Shown here: in pieces, positions 30,431 to 41,635 of the stretch
How the letters are laid out: each line of letters opens with the position of its first letter
Numbering within the stretch: position 1 is the stretch's first letter
Assembly (NCBI GenBank): GCA_964427735.1
Contig: CAYRUS010000001.1
Span: 666,756-730,755 of the forward strand
Direction of reading: 5' to 3'
DNA length: 64,000 bases
From: an uncultured Gammaproteobacteria bacterium
GTDB lineage: Bacteria; Patescibacteriota; Microgenomatia; UBA8517
Translations under genes and position numbers: made by a program
The notes under the pieces: generated by a model
What the model was told of the DNA's origin: nothing
What the model saw: only the letters and a program-made list of their open reading frames with translations
Databases searched by the model: none

Positions 30431-30799
30431 ATGGTTGAGACAGGTAAACTAGGTGATTCAGAGTTAAATAACTTTTTGGATGAATATGGTGTGCCAGTAG
30501 TGGAAGGTGGAAACGTTGCAAATGATATTCGTTTCCATTTGTCTAAAGAATCAAGACCCGCGATTGCGTTTGTCCTTCGGTCCGTCGTCCCAACCAAAGA
30601 AGAAATTGAAAAGTTAGTAAAGCATGCAAGGATGACAGCTGAAAAATGGGGTGGAACTGGAGATTCAATTTATTATCCCGGAGCAAATACTATGCTTATT
30701 TGGAAAAATGAAGAGGGTGGTTGGTATGCCAAAAGAGCTTCGTGGATCCAAACTTATAAAGCCTACGAGTCTTTCGGGGAGCTACTGGAGAGTGTATAA
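30431..30799 (+). CDS. Hypothetical protein
   Basis: ORF with TATAAT upstream. Confidence 0.55.
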   Translation: MVETGKLGDSELNNFLDEYGVPVVEGGNVANDIRFHLSKESRPAIAFVLRSVVPTKEEIEKLVKHARMTAEKWGGTGDSIYYPGANTMLIWKNEEGGWYAKRASWIQTYKAYESFGELLESV

Positions 30800-30859
30800 G
30801 CAATAAAGTTTTAATATACCAATTTAAAAGAGAAGTTTGAATTGTGCTAGCATAAAGAT

Positions 30860-33325
30860 ATGCCAGTTGATTATCAGGGGCTTTCTACATCTGACGTTAA
30901 AGAATTATTAAAAAAGTTTGGGCAGAATAAACTCCCCGAAAAACCTCCACCATCTGACCTTAAAATATTCCTTGAACAACTTAAAAGTCCGCTAGTATAT
31001 GTTCTTTTTGCTGCTGGAATCGTGACCCTTGTTTTGGGACACTTGTCAGATACCTGGATCATTATGTTTGCTGTTGTTGTAAATACAATACTTGGATTTG
31101 TGCAAGAAAGGAAAGCAAACAAAGCTTTGGAAGCACTAAAAAAACTGGTTCATCCAACATCCGAAGTAATAAGAGATGGAAAAACTGTAAAAATTGATGC
31201 TAGTGAAATTGTGCCAGGAGATATTGTAATTTTAAACACAGGTTCAAAAATTCCTGCTGATGGAGTATTGATACATGCGAGTCGCTTTTTTGTGAATGAA
31301 GCTGTATTGACTGGAGAATCTTCCTCTATAGAAAAAGACACAAAAGATACGGTGTTTATGGGAACGGTTGTCGCTTCTGGTAGAGGTATGATGAAAGTAG
31401 AACATACTGGATCAGATACCCAAATCGGTAAAATTGCAAAACAAGTTCAGGAACCTTCAGATGATACTCCTTTAAAAAGGCAGCTTGAAAAGTTAAGCAA
31501 ACAGTTATCTTTATTAGTTTTTATTCTTACACTTGCGGTATTTGTAATTGGAGTTATCAGAGGAAAAAATTTATCTGAAATATTTGCCACCTCTGTTGCT
31601 TTGGCAGTATCTGCTATTCCTGAAGGATTGCTGGTGGGGTTGACAGTTGTTTTGGCAATCGGTATGCAAAGAATTCTTGCCAAAAAGGGCTTGATGAGAA
31701 ATCTTGTTTCTACAGAGACTTTAGGTAGTGTAACTGTTATCTGCACAGATAAAACAGGAACACTTACAAAGGGAAAGGTTAAAGTAACTGAGTATATAGG
31801 AAACGAGGAAGATTTGGTTATGCAATCGATTATAGCTAATGATATGGATGATCCAATAGTAATTGCTGCTTATGAATGGGCAAATTCAAGTAAAGCAAAA
31901 AATGAGAGTATTGAAGTTTATGCTAAAAAGCATTCAAGATTAGATTCTATCCCTTTTTCTTCAAGTGATAGATTCTTTGCCAGTCTTAATAATGGTAAAA
32001 AAACAAATACTCTTTTTGTAAATGGTGCTCCTGAGTTTATTTTAGATTGGTCCAATTTAACAAAAACACAAAAAACAGAACTAAAGCAAAAAATTGATGA
32101 ATTATCAGGAAAAGGCAGAAGGCTTGTGGGTTATGCAAGAAAAAGTGTGCCTTCTAAAAAAGATAAAATATCAAAAAATGATGTAGTTAAAGACCTTGAA
32201 TTTGTTGGAATCCTTTCCTTTAGTGATCCTGTTCGTGAAGGGGTGAAACAGGCATTTGAGAAAACAACTAAAGCTGGAATAGAAACTATTGTAATCACCG
32301 GAGATTACTCACAGACTGCAGTACATGTGATGAAGGAATTGGGAATTGAGGTTTCTAATTCTGAAATTATGGTTGGAAGTGAACTCTCAAAATTAACTGA
32401 CAGAGAACTTAGAAAAAGATTGAAAAATGACGGACATTTGGGCATTAAATTATTCGCAAGAACAACTCCTGATCAAAAACTTAAAATTGTAAAAGCACTC
32501 AAGGAAAACGGAGAAATAGTAGCTATGATGGGAGATGGTGTTAATGATGCTCCAGCTCTAAAAAAGGCAGACATTGGTATCGTAGTAGAAGAAGCCACAG
32601 ATGTAGCAAAAGAAACGGCAGATATGGTTTTGCTTGATTCTAGTTTTGAAACTATTGTTGCAGCAGTAGAAGAGGGTAGAGGAATATTTGATAACATTCG
32701 AAAAATACTTTTATATCTTATGAGTGATGCTTTTGGGGCTATTGTTGCTGTAGTGGGTACAATTTTGTTTAATCTTCCACTTCCTGTTACCGCTTCACAA
32801 ATTTTGTGGATTAATCTTATTTCAGATGGATTTCCTGACTTAGCACTTACAGTGGATCCCAAAGCGGGAGACTTGATGCAAAGACCTCCCCGGCGCGCTG
32901 ATGAACCAATAATGGCAGATTGGATGAAAGCTTTGATTGCTATTATTTCATTTGTTACAGGTGTAATTACACTTGGAATGTTTATTTATTACCTTAGGTT
33001 AACAGGAGATGAAACTTTTGCCCGTTCTGTAGCATTTTTAACATTGGGTCTTAATTCACTTGTCTTTGTTTTTTCTGTAAGAACGCTAAGCAAGCCATTT
33101 TGGAAATCAAACCCGTTTAAAAACAACTGGCTTAATTTGGCTGTGTTTGGGGGCTTATTGTTGCAGTTTGTGCCGTATGCAACCAATAGCACAAGGACAT
33201 TTTTTAATATTGTCTTTCCTGGGTGGCAACCTCTAATGTATGCTTTTATTGGTGCTCTTTTTACATTCATGATGATTGAGGTTCTCAAATCTTTTATTAG
33301 AAAAGTTTCTTGGTTTCAGAGTTAG
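30860..33325 (+). CDS. Cation-transporting P-type ATPase (P2A-like)
   Basis: TGES, PEGL, DKTGTLT, TGD, GDGVND. Confidence 0.95.
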   Translation: MPVDYQGLSTSDVKELLKKFGQNKLPEKPPPSDLKIFLEQLKSPLVYVLFAAGIVTLVLGHLSDTWIIMFAVVVNTILGFVQERKANKALEALKKLVHPTSEVIRDGKTVKIDASEIVPGDIVILNTGSKIPADGVLIHASRFFVNEAVLTGESSSIEKDTKDTVFMGTVVASGRGMMKVEHTGSDTQIGKIAKQVQEPSDDTPLKRQLEKLSKQLSLLVFILTLAVFVIGVIRGKNLSEIFATSVALAVSAIPEGLLVGLTVVLAIGMQRILAKKGLMRNLVSTETLGSVTVICTDKTGTLTKGKVKVTEYIGNEEDLVMQSIIANDMDDPIVIAAYEWANSSKAKNESIEVYAKKHSRLDSIPFSSSDRFFASLNNGKKTNTLFVNGAPEFILDWSNLTKTQKTELKQKIDELSGKGRRLVGYARKSVPSKKDKISKNDVVKDLEFVGILSFSDPVREGVKQAFEKTTKAGIETIVITGDYSQTAVHVMKELGIEVSNSEIMVGSELSKLTDRELRKRLKNDGHLGIKLFARTTPDQKLKIVKALKENGEIVAMMGDGVNDAPALKKADIGIVVEEATDVAKETADMVLLDSSFETIVAAVEEGRGIFDNIRKILLYLMSDAFGAIVAVVGTILFNLPLPVTASQILWINLISDGFPDLALTVDPKAGDLMQRPPRRADEPIMADWMKALIAIISFVTGVITLGMFIYYLRLTGDETFARSVAFLTLGLNSLVFVFSVRTLSKPFWKSNPFKNNWLNLAVFGGLLLQFVPYATNSTRTFFNIVFPGWQPLMYAFIGALFTFMMIEVLKSFIRKVSWFQS

Positions 33326-33433
33326 GTACTTTGTTTTGAGCTATGTGACTAAATTGATAAAGCAGTCTTTAATAGTATAAAGTTTATAATGCGTTGTCTA
33401 AGAGAATAGAGGAACAAAGAATTTATAAAGGGG

Positions 33434-33790
33434 GTGATCAGTATGGCAGCAAAAAAACAGTCAGAATTAGGTTTAAAGAAAGAAGTAGAAGCAGCAATTG
33501 CAGTTGTTTTTGGAGCTACAATTATAGTGCCTTTGGCTTTGTTTATTATTGAAAAAGATAAGTTTGTAAAATTTTGGGCTATGCAGTCAATCCTATTTGT
33601 ATTAGCGGTGGTAGCGTTAGAGACTATTTTTACAGCCACAATTGTATTAATTGTTTTAGTTCCTATCTTAATGGTGGCAGCATTTCTTCTTTGGTTAGCG
33701 ATGGTTTATAAGGCATGGATGGGAGATATGTGGGAAGTGCCTATAATTGGAAAAATATCCAACTCACTAATAAAGAAGATAAATTTCTAA
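33434..33790 (+). CDS. DUF4870-like membrane protein
   Basis: EKDKFVKFWAMQS...VPIIG, TM helices. Confidence 0.75.
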   Translation: MISMAAKKQSELGLKKEVEAAIAVVFGATIIVPLALFIIEKDKFVKFWAMQSILFVLAVVALETIFTATIVLIVLVPILMVAAFLLWLAMVYKAWMGDMWEVPIIGKISNSLIKKINF

Positions 33791-33802
33791 TTACTGATAC
33801 CC

Positions 33803-34330
33803 ATGAAGATAATTGCAGGATTAGGTAACCCAGGAGATAACTATGTAAACTCGCGCCATAATATTGGTTTTATGGTTCTGGATTTTCTAAACCAAGACAA
33901 TCGTTGGTCTAAAAGTAAAAATTCTAAGTTTGTTTATTCCAAGAAAATAATCAGCGGTAAAAGCGTAGAGCTGATAAAACCTCAAACATTTATGAACAAT
34001 AGCGGGTTAGCTGTTGGAGAGGTCATTAAAAAACACAAAGGTTTTTCGACTAAAGATCTTTGTGTTATTCATGATGATCTTGACATTACGCTAGGTAAAT
34101 GGAAAATAGACTTTGGGAAGGGTCCCAAAGAACATAACGGTATTTTATCAATTGAAGAAACTCTAAAAACAAAAGACTTCTGGAGAATAAGAGTGGGAGT
34201 TGATAACCGTACAGTAGAGAATAGAATTCCAGGTGAATCCTATGTGTTGCAAAAATTTAGCAAAAATGAATTACAAATTATTGAAAATTTGATGCCGGAG
34301 ATTAGACAAAAGTTATTAGAAAAAATATAA
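33803..34330 (+). CDS. pth: Peptidyl-tRNA hydrolase
   Basis: GLGNPG, RHNIGF, FMNNSG, HDDLD, HNG. Confidence 0.96.
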   Translation: MKIIAGLGNPGDNYVNSRHNIGFMVLDFLNQDNRWSKSKNSKFVYSKKIISGKSVELIKPQTFMNNSGLAVGEVIKKHKGFSTKDLCVIHDDLDITLGKWKIDFGKGPKEHNGILSIEETLKTKDFWRIRVGVDNRTVENRIPGESYVLQKFSKNELQIIENLMPEIRQKLLEKI

Positions 34331-35536
34331 ATGATTATATGGTTTTATACACACTTTGTAGATCTTTATAAGCCGAACAATGACTTATTTAGGCTTTTTT
34401 TGTCTTCAGTTAGTCGTAGGGTTTCTCAGACTTTAGTCTCTGTTTTTTCTTCTGTTTATATCTATAAATTGCTTATTGACCGTGGATATGAGTCAAGGAT
34501 CGGTGTGGTTTCTGTTTTACTTTTTCATTGCATAATTTATCTAACAAAGCTTGTTACTATGTTCATTGCAGAAAATTATAGTCTTAAATATGGATTGAAA
34601 AATGCTATTAAATTTTCATTTTTTCCATTTTTGATTTCAATAGCCTGTATTATTTTTGCTAACCAAAATATTTACCTTATTTTATTATCTGCATTTTTTT
34701 GGGGTATCCATGCTGGATTTTATTGGTTAGGTTTCCATGGTTATTTTGTTAAAGCTGCTGATATCAATCATTTTGGAAGGAGTATTGGTCAGGTTGAATT
34801 ATTGCAAACAATAGCTGCTATTTTATCACCGGTAGGAGGGGCATTTGTAGTAGGATTATTTGGATTTAATTCCTTGTTTGCTATGGCAGTTGTCTTTATG
34901 GTTGTTGCAATTTTGCTTTTAAGAGGTACTGCCGAATACAAACATAAAACTGATGTCACAATTAATGAATTGCTAAAAAGTATAAAAAGGCACTACAAGA
35001 TTTATCTTGCTTATATTGGAGGCGGTGTTGAAGCTGCTGCGTATTTAATTATTTGGCCATTGTTTTTGTATTTAATTTTAGAGGGAGTTGTTAAAATGGG
35101 GATAACCATGTCTGCAGCAGTTACTTTGGCTGCTGTTTTTGGATTGGTAACAGGTGATATCACTGATAAAAAGGGAGAGAAAAAATTAATTTACTTAGGT
35201 GTTCCTTTAGTTACTTCTTCTTGGTTGATAAAATCATTTTTGAGTTTAATTCCTGTATATGTGCTTTCTGATAGTTTGTGGAGTTTTGGTCAGAAAATGG
35301 TAGCCTTGCCACTTGGGGCACTAACATACAAAAAAGCTTCAGAGAAGAAAGCTGCAGAAGCGATTATATTTAGAGAAACAGGTTTGAATTTAGGAGCCTT
35401 AGTTGGCTTTTTTATTTTAATCTTAGTGTATTATTTTACTGAGAGTTTTAGGCTTGTATTTTTTGTTGTTGCATTAATTAGTTTACTACCATTATTGTCC
35501 TTAACGTTAGGAGGTTTAGATGGCCAACAAGAATGA
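34331..35536 (+). CDS. MFS transporter
   Basis: About 12 hydrophobic segments, GDITDKKGEK motif. Confidence 0.8.
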   Translation: MIIWFYTHFVDLYKPNNDLFRLFLSSVSRRVSQTLVSVFSSVYIYKLLIDRGYESRIGVVSVLLFHCIIYLTKLVTMFIAENYSLKYGLKNAIKFSFFPFLISIACIIFANQNIYLILLSAFFWGIHAGFYWLGFHGYFVKAADINHFGRSIGQVELLQTIAAILSPVGGAFVVGLFGFNSLFAMAVVFMVVAILLLRGTAEYKHKTDVTINELLKSIKRHYKIYLAYIGGGVEAAAYLIIWPLFLYLILEGVVKMGITMSAAVTLAAVFGLVTGDITDKKGEKKLIYLGVPLVTSSWLIKSFLSLIPVYVLSDSLWSFGQKMVALPLGALTYKKASEKKAAEAIIFRETGLNLGALVGFFILILVYYFTESFRLVFFVVALISLLPLLSLTLGGLDGQQE

Positions 35537-35813
35537 TTTTACACCAATTAAAGATGCTCTGAAAATTTATAAAAAAGTAGAGGACAAATATATTTCAAGA
35601 GAGTTTCAAGAGTATGGATATGAATTGGCACAAGAGTTAAAGGATCTTAAAAATAAGTCTTTATATATAAAATTAGCAAAAGAAACACCACGCGGATTGT
35701 TGGAAGCTGCACGTAGTTTTGTAAAAGATGCAAATAATGTTAGATCACCAGGAAAACTCTTTATGTGGAAATTGCAGGAGTTGAAGAAAAGTAAGCATAA
35801 TAGGAAAAAATAA
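35520..35813 (+). CDS. Small basic hypothetical protein
   Basis: ORF overlapping the MFS stop; SLYIKLAK...KLFMWKL. Confidence 0.65.
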   Translation: MANKNDFTPIKDALKIYKKVEDKYISREFQEYGYELAQELKDLKNKSLYIKLAKETPRGLLEAARSFVKDANNVRSPGKLFMWKLQELKKSKHNRKK

Positions 35814-35896
35814 CCTTAATAAAGATATGGGATTTTATCGATATAATTTAATTTGTAAAAAGGGTGTTTTATGAGGATTTATACACTATAGTAGTT

Positions 35897-36474
35897 ATGA
35901 TGGATGGTTCTGCAGAATTAAGGCATACCCCAGAAGTGGCCCCACCCGATAACTTTGATGTTGATATTTACCCTGGTCATGGAAATATAGGTTAATGGAA
36001 GACTAGAGAGGATTGAACGACGAATCGAAGAATTGGGAAGAAGCTCTGGATTAGTACCACTCCTAAAGGCAAGAATCTGGAGGCTTTATACAAATGAATT
36101 AACTAACACGCTTTCTTATTTAGTTGATGTGGCTAATGAGTTAAGAGAAAAAAATATGAGGTTGGATAATATAGAAGACCAAAGGTTTAAAGGATAAAAT
36201 TAAAAAAGAACAAGAAAAAGAAAAAGAAGCAGTGCAAAGCTATACTGTTGGGAAAATAGTCGAAGATCTAAAAGTGTATGAAGAGGAGTTTGAAAAGACT
36301 GATATTCAGTTACCGAATGAAGTTAAAGACCTAACGATAGATCAAATATACGAGCTACTGACGAGATCATATAAAGAATCTGGGAGATTTGATACCATTC
36401 CAAACAATCCTTTTGGAAATGGTGAACTAAGGAAGCTTTTCTTAATAAAATATAATAGTCCATATAGTGTATAG
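35897..36474 (+). pseudogene. Frameshifted hypothetical gene
   Basis: Protein-like segments (MMDGSAEL..., ERIERRIEELG..., KEQEKEKEAVQSY...) in shifting frames, ending in ORF 36232-36474. Confidence 0.45.
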
Positions 36475-36540
36475 TTTTTCTCCTTTATTTTATTTCTTTT
36501 CAAGCAATTCTTTGATTTGTCTTCTACATGATTTAAACTG

Positions 36541-37524
36541 GTGAATATGGAAATTGGGTTTACTCAGATGAATTGGGTGGATTTGGCTATCTTTGCCATA
36601 CTTATTTACTATGCATTTGAAGGGGTAAGGCATGGGTTTTGGTCTGTTTTTGCAGGGTTTATTTCATTTGCTTCTTCGTTGATAATAGCATTGAAATTTT
36701 ATCCTGTGGCGACAGTCTTGTTGAGATCTAATTTTTCTATCTCTCATTCGATTTCTAATGCTTTAGGATTTTTGTTTTTAGCACTGATTACAGAAATATT
36801 ATTAAGCTTTTTTATGGATTTTGTGATCAAAAAACTTCCTGAAGGATTCCAACAAATTAAGTTTTCGCGTATTGTTGCTATTCTTCCTGCCGTAGGTGAA
36901 GGATTGGTACTAGTTTCATTTGGGTTGACTCTTTTAATGGGTTTACCTATTGCCCCCACAGTAAAGGATTCTGCTGCAAGCTCAAAAATTGGTAATGTGA
37001 TTTTGAACAGGACATCCACACTGGAATCAAAGATGGGTGAAATATTTGGAGGTGTAATTGAAGATTCATTGACCCATTTAACAGTGAAGCCGGGAAGTGG
37101 AGATACAGTTCCTCTTCATATAAGTTCTTTTAATCTTACAACAGAACCAGAAACTGAGAAGGCGATGCTTAAGCTTATAAACAAAGAAAGAAAAGAAAGA
37201 GGAATAAAGGAACTTACGATGAGAAATGAGACAATCCCAGTTGCTCGTTCTCATGCTGAGGATATGTGGAGACAGCAATATTTTAGCCATTACTCACCTG
37301 ACGGAAAAGATATAGGTGATCGATTAGAACAGGCTGATATCAGCTATTCTTTTGCAGGAGAAAATCTTGCACTAGCTCCTACTTTGTCAATGGCCCATAC
37401 AGGACTTATGAATTCTGAGGGGCATAGGGAAAACATACTAGAAGAAGACTTTAAACAGGTTGGGATTGGAGTAATTGATAATGGAGTTTATGGCAAGATG
37501 TTTGTCCAGGTATTTACAGATTAA
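36541..37524 (+). CDS. CvpA-family membrane domain fused to a CAP/SCP domain
   Basis: NWVD...GF TM region; ARSHAEDM, YFSH, GENLA, MNSEGHRENIL. Confidence 0.88.
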   Translation: MNMEIGFTQMNWVDLAIFAILIYYAFEGVRHGFWSVFAGFISFASSLIIALKFYPVATVLLRSNFSISHSISNALGFLFLALITEILLSFFMDFVIKKLPEGFQQIKFSRIVAILPAVGEGLVLVSFGLTLLMGLPIAPTVKDSAASSKIGNVILNRTSTLESKMGEIFGGVIEDSLTHLTVKPGSGDTVPLHISSFNLTTEPETEKAMLKLINKERKERGIKELTMRNETIPVARSHAEDMWRQQYFSHYSPDGKDIGDRLEQADISYSFAGENLALAPTLSMAHTGLMNSEGHRENILEEDFKQVGIGVIDNGVYGKMFVQVFTD

Positions 37525-37561
37525 TTTATTTAGATAATAATTAACTAAGCTTGTAAACTTA

Positions 37562-38098
37562 ATGAAAAGCAAGATAAGTATTATTTCTATAATTGTTTTA
37601 CTATTTCTTATAGGAATGCTCGTATATTCTCTTCTGACTCTAAGGGAAAGACAGTCCGTCAATACAGAAGCTTCAGTTTCAAATATAAAAGTATTTGTAT
37701 CTCCTGCAGAGCAAACGATAAGAGATGGTGCATTTTTTTCAGTACTAGCGGATAGCGAAGCTGCTTTTGAAGAAGTTATGGTAACAATTAACTTTAACAA
37801 TGAACTTATCCATTTAGAAAGTGATCCACAACTCATGGATGATAATATGCAGATTATTAGTATAACTTCAGCGGAGGAGTCAAACCAAAGTGGTGTTGTC
37901 AAAGCTCACTTGAAATCAAAGAATGGACTCAAAAGTGGAGTTGTTCAGCTTTTAGGTATGGACTTTAAGAATTTGGTATCTGGTCCTTTAGAGACAACGA
38001 TACATGTTAATCAAGAAACTTCCTTGATTGATTCGCAAGGCAATAAAATTGAGTTGAATGTTGAACACTCAAGTGTATCCTTAAGAAAATCAGAATAA
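37562..38098 (+). CDS. Secreted/anchored beta-sandwich (cohesin-like) protein
   Basis: N-terminal TM helix followed by a beta-rich domain. Confidence 0.5.
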   Translation: MKSKISIISIIVLLFLIGMLVYSLLTLRERQSVNTEASVSNIKVFVSPAEQTIRDGAFFSVLADSEAAFEEVMVTINFNNELIHLESDPQLMDDNMQIISITSAEESNQSGVVKAHLKSKNGLKSGVVQLLGMDFKNLVSGPLETTIHVNQETSLIDSQGNKIELNVEHSSVSLRKSE

Positions 38099-38132
38099 CG
38101 TTTTTTATTCTAATGTGATATAAATAGGAGTA

Positions 38133-38666
38133 GTGAAGAAGGAAATCATAACTCATTTTGGGTTTCTTTTTGCTATTTTTGCTGCAATAATTTTGTTACA
38201 GAAATGGTTTGATCTAAGGGCTTTGTATTTTTTAATAGGAGGTGTTTTTGGTACATTATTGCCAGATATTGACCATTTAATTTATGTATATTTTCTTCGA
38301 CCTCACGAACTGGGTTCACAAAGAGTTAATTATATGCTACAAAAAAATGATTTCATTGGATCGGCAAAACTGCTTGTGGATACCAGAGAGGAACGTAAAA
38401 AATTAATTTTTCATACTGCTTTGTTTCAGTTGTTGTTTTTATTATTGGCACTATTTGTAGTTACTTCTTCTGGTAGTATCTTTGGTGCTGGAATTGTACT
38501 TGCATTTTTTCTCCATCTTTTAGTGGATCACTATATTGACTATAAGAGCAAAGAATCTGTTTCTAATTGGTTTCAAAACTTTCCGTTTCCTATGGACAAA
38601 GAAAAGGAAAAATTGTATCTTATTGCAGTAGGTGTTTCTTTTATCCTACTTGTAGTTTTGCTATAA
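38133..38666 (+). CDS. Membrane-bound metal-dependent hydrolase (YdjM-like)
   Basis: H...LPDIDH...FH...HLLVD. Confidence 0.75.
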   Translation: MKKEIITHFGFLFAIFAAIILLQKWFDLRALYFLIGGVFGTLLPDIDHLIYVYFLRPHELGSQRVNYMLQKNDFIGSAKLLVDTREERKKLIFHTALFQLLFLLLALFVVTSSGSIFGAGIVLAFFLHLLVDHYIDYKSKESVSNWFQNFPFPMDKEKEKLYLIAVGVSFILLVVLL

Positions 38667-38687
38667 ATTTAAGTGAACAGCTAACCT

Positions 38688-39446
38688 ATGCCAGACAAAG
38701 AACTAACAAAAGAAGAAAGAAGAAAACTTAAAAAAGAAGAAAAACTTGCACAAAAACAAGCTGAAGAGAGATCTGGTAACCTCAAAAAATGGATATCTAT
38801 AATTGTTGTTTTAGCTATTGTTGGTTATCTGGGATATAGATTTATTTCTTGGTTAAGAGAGCCTGTCCCAGAAACAATAACCAAGCCAATGGAAATTACA
38901 GAGGCAGATTGGGTCAAAGGGGATGAGAATGCAGAAGTTCTTGTTGTTGAATATGGAGATTTTCAGTGTCCTGCTTGTGGTGCATATGCTCCTATGATAA
39001 GGCAACTACTAGAGGAAGTAGAAGGTGTAAAAGTAGTGTACAGACATTTGCCATTAGTTAGTATCCATAGAAATGCAATTCCAGCAGCGAAAGCAGCCGA
39101 AGCAGCTGGAAAACAGGGGAAATTCTGGGAAATGCATGATCTTTTGTTTACAAATCAAAGTGAATGGTCTAATGAGAGGGATCCATATAGCATGTTCGAA
39201 AGTTATGCAAATGAGTTAGAAATAGATATGGATTCTTTTAAAAGTGATTATAACAGTGATGAAGTAGAATCATTGGTTAATCAAGATCTCCTTTCTGCAA
39301 ATGCCTTAAACCTCAGTTCTACACCAAGCATATTTATTAATGGCAAACTACACAGATTAACAGGGCAGTATGAGGATTTAAAGCAAGAAGTAGAACAAGA
39401 AAAGGGAAGCTCAGAGGAGGAGATTAATGACACAGAAAATAATTGA
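38688..39446 (+). CDS. DsbA/BdbD-family thiol-disulfide oxidoreductase
   Basis: TM helix; EYGDFQCPAC, YRHLPL, STP cis-Pro loop. Confidence 0.92.
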   Translation: MPDKELTKEERRKLKKEEKLAQKQAEERSGNLKKWISIIVVLAIVGYLGYRFISWLREPVPETITKPMEITEADWVKGDENAEVLVVEYGDFQCPACGAYAPMIRQLLEEVEGVKVVYRHLPLVSIHRNAIPAAKAAEAAGKQGKFWEMHDLLFTNQSEWSNERDPYSMFESYANELEIDMDSFKSDYNSDEVESLVNQDLLSANALNLSSTPSIFINGKLHRLTGQYEDLKQEVEQEKGSSEEEINDTENN

Positions 39447-39978
39447 GGCTCTAGCATTTCTCACTTTAGTTTCTAATATTACCCTTGTATCAGGAGCTGC
39501 ATTATATATACTTACAAAATATACTTCATTAAAGAGAGATTATTGGAGAATTCTTACTGATTTTCTTGATAAGAATGCAAATAGACTAATCTTGTTGTTC
39601 TCAATAGTAGCAACTTTTGGAAGTTTGTTTTTATCTGAAGTTGCTAAGTTTGTCCCTTGTATTTTTTGTTGGTATCAAAGAATTTTAATGTATCCTATTG
39701 TGCCAATTTCTCTTGTCGCTTTAGTCAAAAAAACTAGAGATTTACCATATTACGCACTTTCTTTGAGTATTCCAGGAGTTTTACTTGCTTCTTATCATTA
39801 CTATTTTCAAGTCAACCCAGATATGACAGCTCCTTGTTCAGCTGTAGGATTTTCCGTGTCTTGCTCGGAAAGGTTCTTCACTTATTATGGTTATATAACA
39901 ATTCCCTGGATGGCATTATCAGCTTTTTTAATTATAACCTCTATTGCTTTAATAAAACTAAAAGTTTTTAAAGTTTGA
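39427..39978 (+). CDS. Disulfide bond formation protein DsbB/BdbC
   Basis: PCIFCWYQR, second Cys pair, TIP; TM helices. Confidence 0.9.
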   Translation: MTQKIIEALAFLTLVSNITLVSGAALYILTKYTSLKRDYWRILTDFLDKNANRLILLFSIVATFGSLFLSEVAKFVPCIFCWYQRILMYPIVPISLVALVKKTRDLPYYALSLSIPGVLLASYHYYFQVNPDMTAPCSAVGFSVSCSERFFTYYGYITIPWMALSAFLIITSIALIKLKVFKV

Positions 39979-40009
39979 ATGATAACTTCAGTAGGTGTAA
40001 AGTAAAAAT

Positions 40010-40243
40010 ATGGAGCTTATTGGTGCTAGTTTGGATCTTCTTGGGAAAATACTTGTTTCGTATACTGCAATTGCTGTTCATTACCGTGTGAGAAAAGAAC
40101 ACAAAATTGATGATAAGGTTTTTGATGTGATGAAAAATGAACAGATAGTGGGGGTAATAGGTATAATCTTTATGATTTTGGGATATTTATTACAGCATGT
40201 TTTAGTACCATCTCAATCTACTCCTGTGCAGCCATTTGCTTAA
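40010..40243 (+). CDS. Small membrane protein
   Basis: Two hydrophobic segments, VH.RV.KEHKID. Confidence 0.6.
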   Translation: MELIGASLDLLGKILVSYTAIAVHYRVRKEHKIDDKVFDVMKNEQIVGVIGIIFMILGYLLQHVLVPSQSTPVQPFA

Positions 40244-40291
40244 TTTCTATTAAATATTGTGTAATGTAGTTAGTTGTCCTATAATACCCCT

Positions 40292-41626
40292 ATGACTGAA
40301 AACAAGGGAAGGCAACTTATAGTACCTGGAGCAGAAGGAATCATGTTAGAGTTTGGCTATGGCAATGAATGGAGAGAAAAATCTTCTTTATTAGAGTCTC
40401 TCCAGAAAACTCTTGAAAAAGGTAAAAGAAAAAACAATCCTTTAGATCAGGAACTAGCAGAAAAAACTGTTCAGTTATTTGAAAAACACGTTAACGCTGA
40501 TAGATCCGGCCACATTCAGTCTGATTTGAATAAGCTAAGCGAGACTAGTAAAGATATAAAAATACACCATAATATACTCCAAGGGATATATGGTTTAACA
40601 AAGGGAGAGCTAAATGAAGAAATACAAAGACACAATAATGCAATTTATAGTGGACACTCTCTTTCTGGTTTATTCAAAGTATGGAAAGATGATTTGCCTG
40701 GCAGATTTTCGTCTCGATATCACGCTTTTGCAAACTTAGATATCATCACTGAAGATGATAAATACAAACTCCGACTAGCAGCTTTACATGATGGTGGTAA
40801 TAATGATATTTCCTATCCATTACACGAATTAAGTTTTGAGTTAGATGCAAGCGGAAAAATAAATATGGACTTTATGAAGTTTTTCTTTCGAGATGCATCC
40901 AAATTAAGAGATGAAGTAACACAACATCAAGAAATCATAGATCACGTTAAGAGAGGAATGGTAAATATAATCGACTTTTATCTTGAAAACCCTGATGAAT
41001 TTTATAAACAACGGGTTAATAAAACGAATAGTGAAGAAGATAAAACACAATTATACGATGTTTTTTATGATTATCTTTTCGAGGTGTATTTAAAGAAAAA
41101 ATTAGATAAAAAGGATTATGAAACTATAATTTCCAGTATTGAGGTGTTATATAAAGAAAATTTTCTTGCTGCTGTGAGGTTAGCTGTAATCAATAAATTA
41201 TTGATTGATAAAGAAGATTATAGTTCTGTGGTAAGAGAAGACAGTTGGTTTTCCAAAAACAATAAGGAGGAGTTAAATCAATTGATTGAAACCACGAAAA
41301 ATGAATTGTCTAAGATTGGTGCTGAATTTGATGAAGGTGGTTTAATTATAAATTTATCTGATTTAATTAATGAATGTTTAGTAAACAAGAAAACTTGGAA
41401 GAAGGTAAATAAATTGTGGGAAAAAATTCGTAAGGAATCGTATGAACCTTTGTATACGTTATATGATCAGCATTTAGCCCGTTGGGAAACTCTTTATAGA
41501 AGTAATATTTATAAGAGTATTGTTGTTAGAGGATTAGAGCTTGCTCGTGGATTAATAATTCAAACTAGTGACTCTAAAAAAGAGTCTATGATCGCTTCAT
41601 TTCTTTTTAACAATGCAAGATCATAA
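40292..41626 (+). CDS. Hypothetical protein
   Basis: Long ORF; ATG at 40292 lies 6 nt after TATAAT. Confidence 0.6.
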   Translation: MTENKGRQLIVPGAEGIMLEFGYGNEWREKSSLLESLQKTLEKGKRKNNPLDQELAEKTVQLFEKHVNADRSGHIQSDLNKLSETSKDIKIHHNILQGIYGLTKGELNEEIQRHNNAIYSGHSLSGLFKVWKDDLPGRFSSRYHAFANLDIITEDDKYKLRLAALHDGGNNDISYPLHELSFELDASGKINMDFMKFFFRDASKLRDEVTQHQEIIDHVKRGMVNIIDFYLENPDEFYKQRVNKTNSEEDKTQLYDVFYDYLFEVYLKKKLDKKDYETIISSIEVLYKENFLAAVRLAVINKLLIDKEDYSSVVREDSWFSKNNKEELNQLIETTKNELSKIGAEFDEGGLIINLSDLINECLVNKKTWKKVNKLWEKIRKESYEPLYTLYDQHLARWETLYRSNIYKSIVVRGLELARGLIIQTSDSKKESMIASFLFNNARS

Positions 41627-41635
41627 AAAATTTTT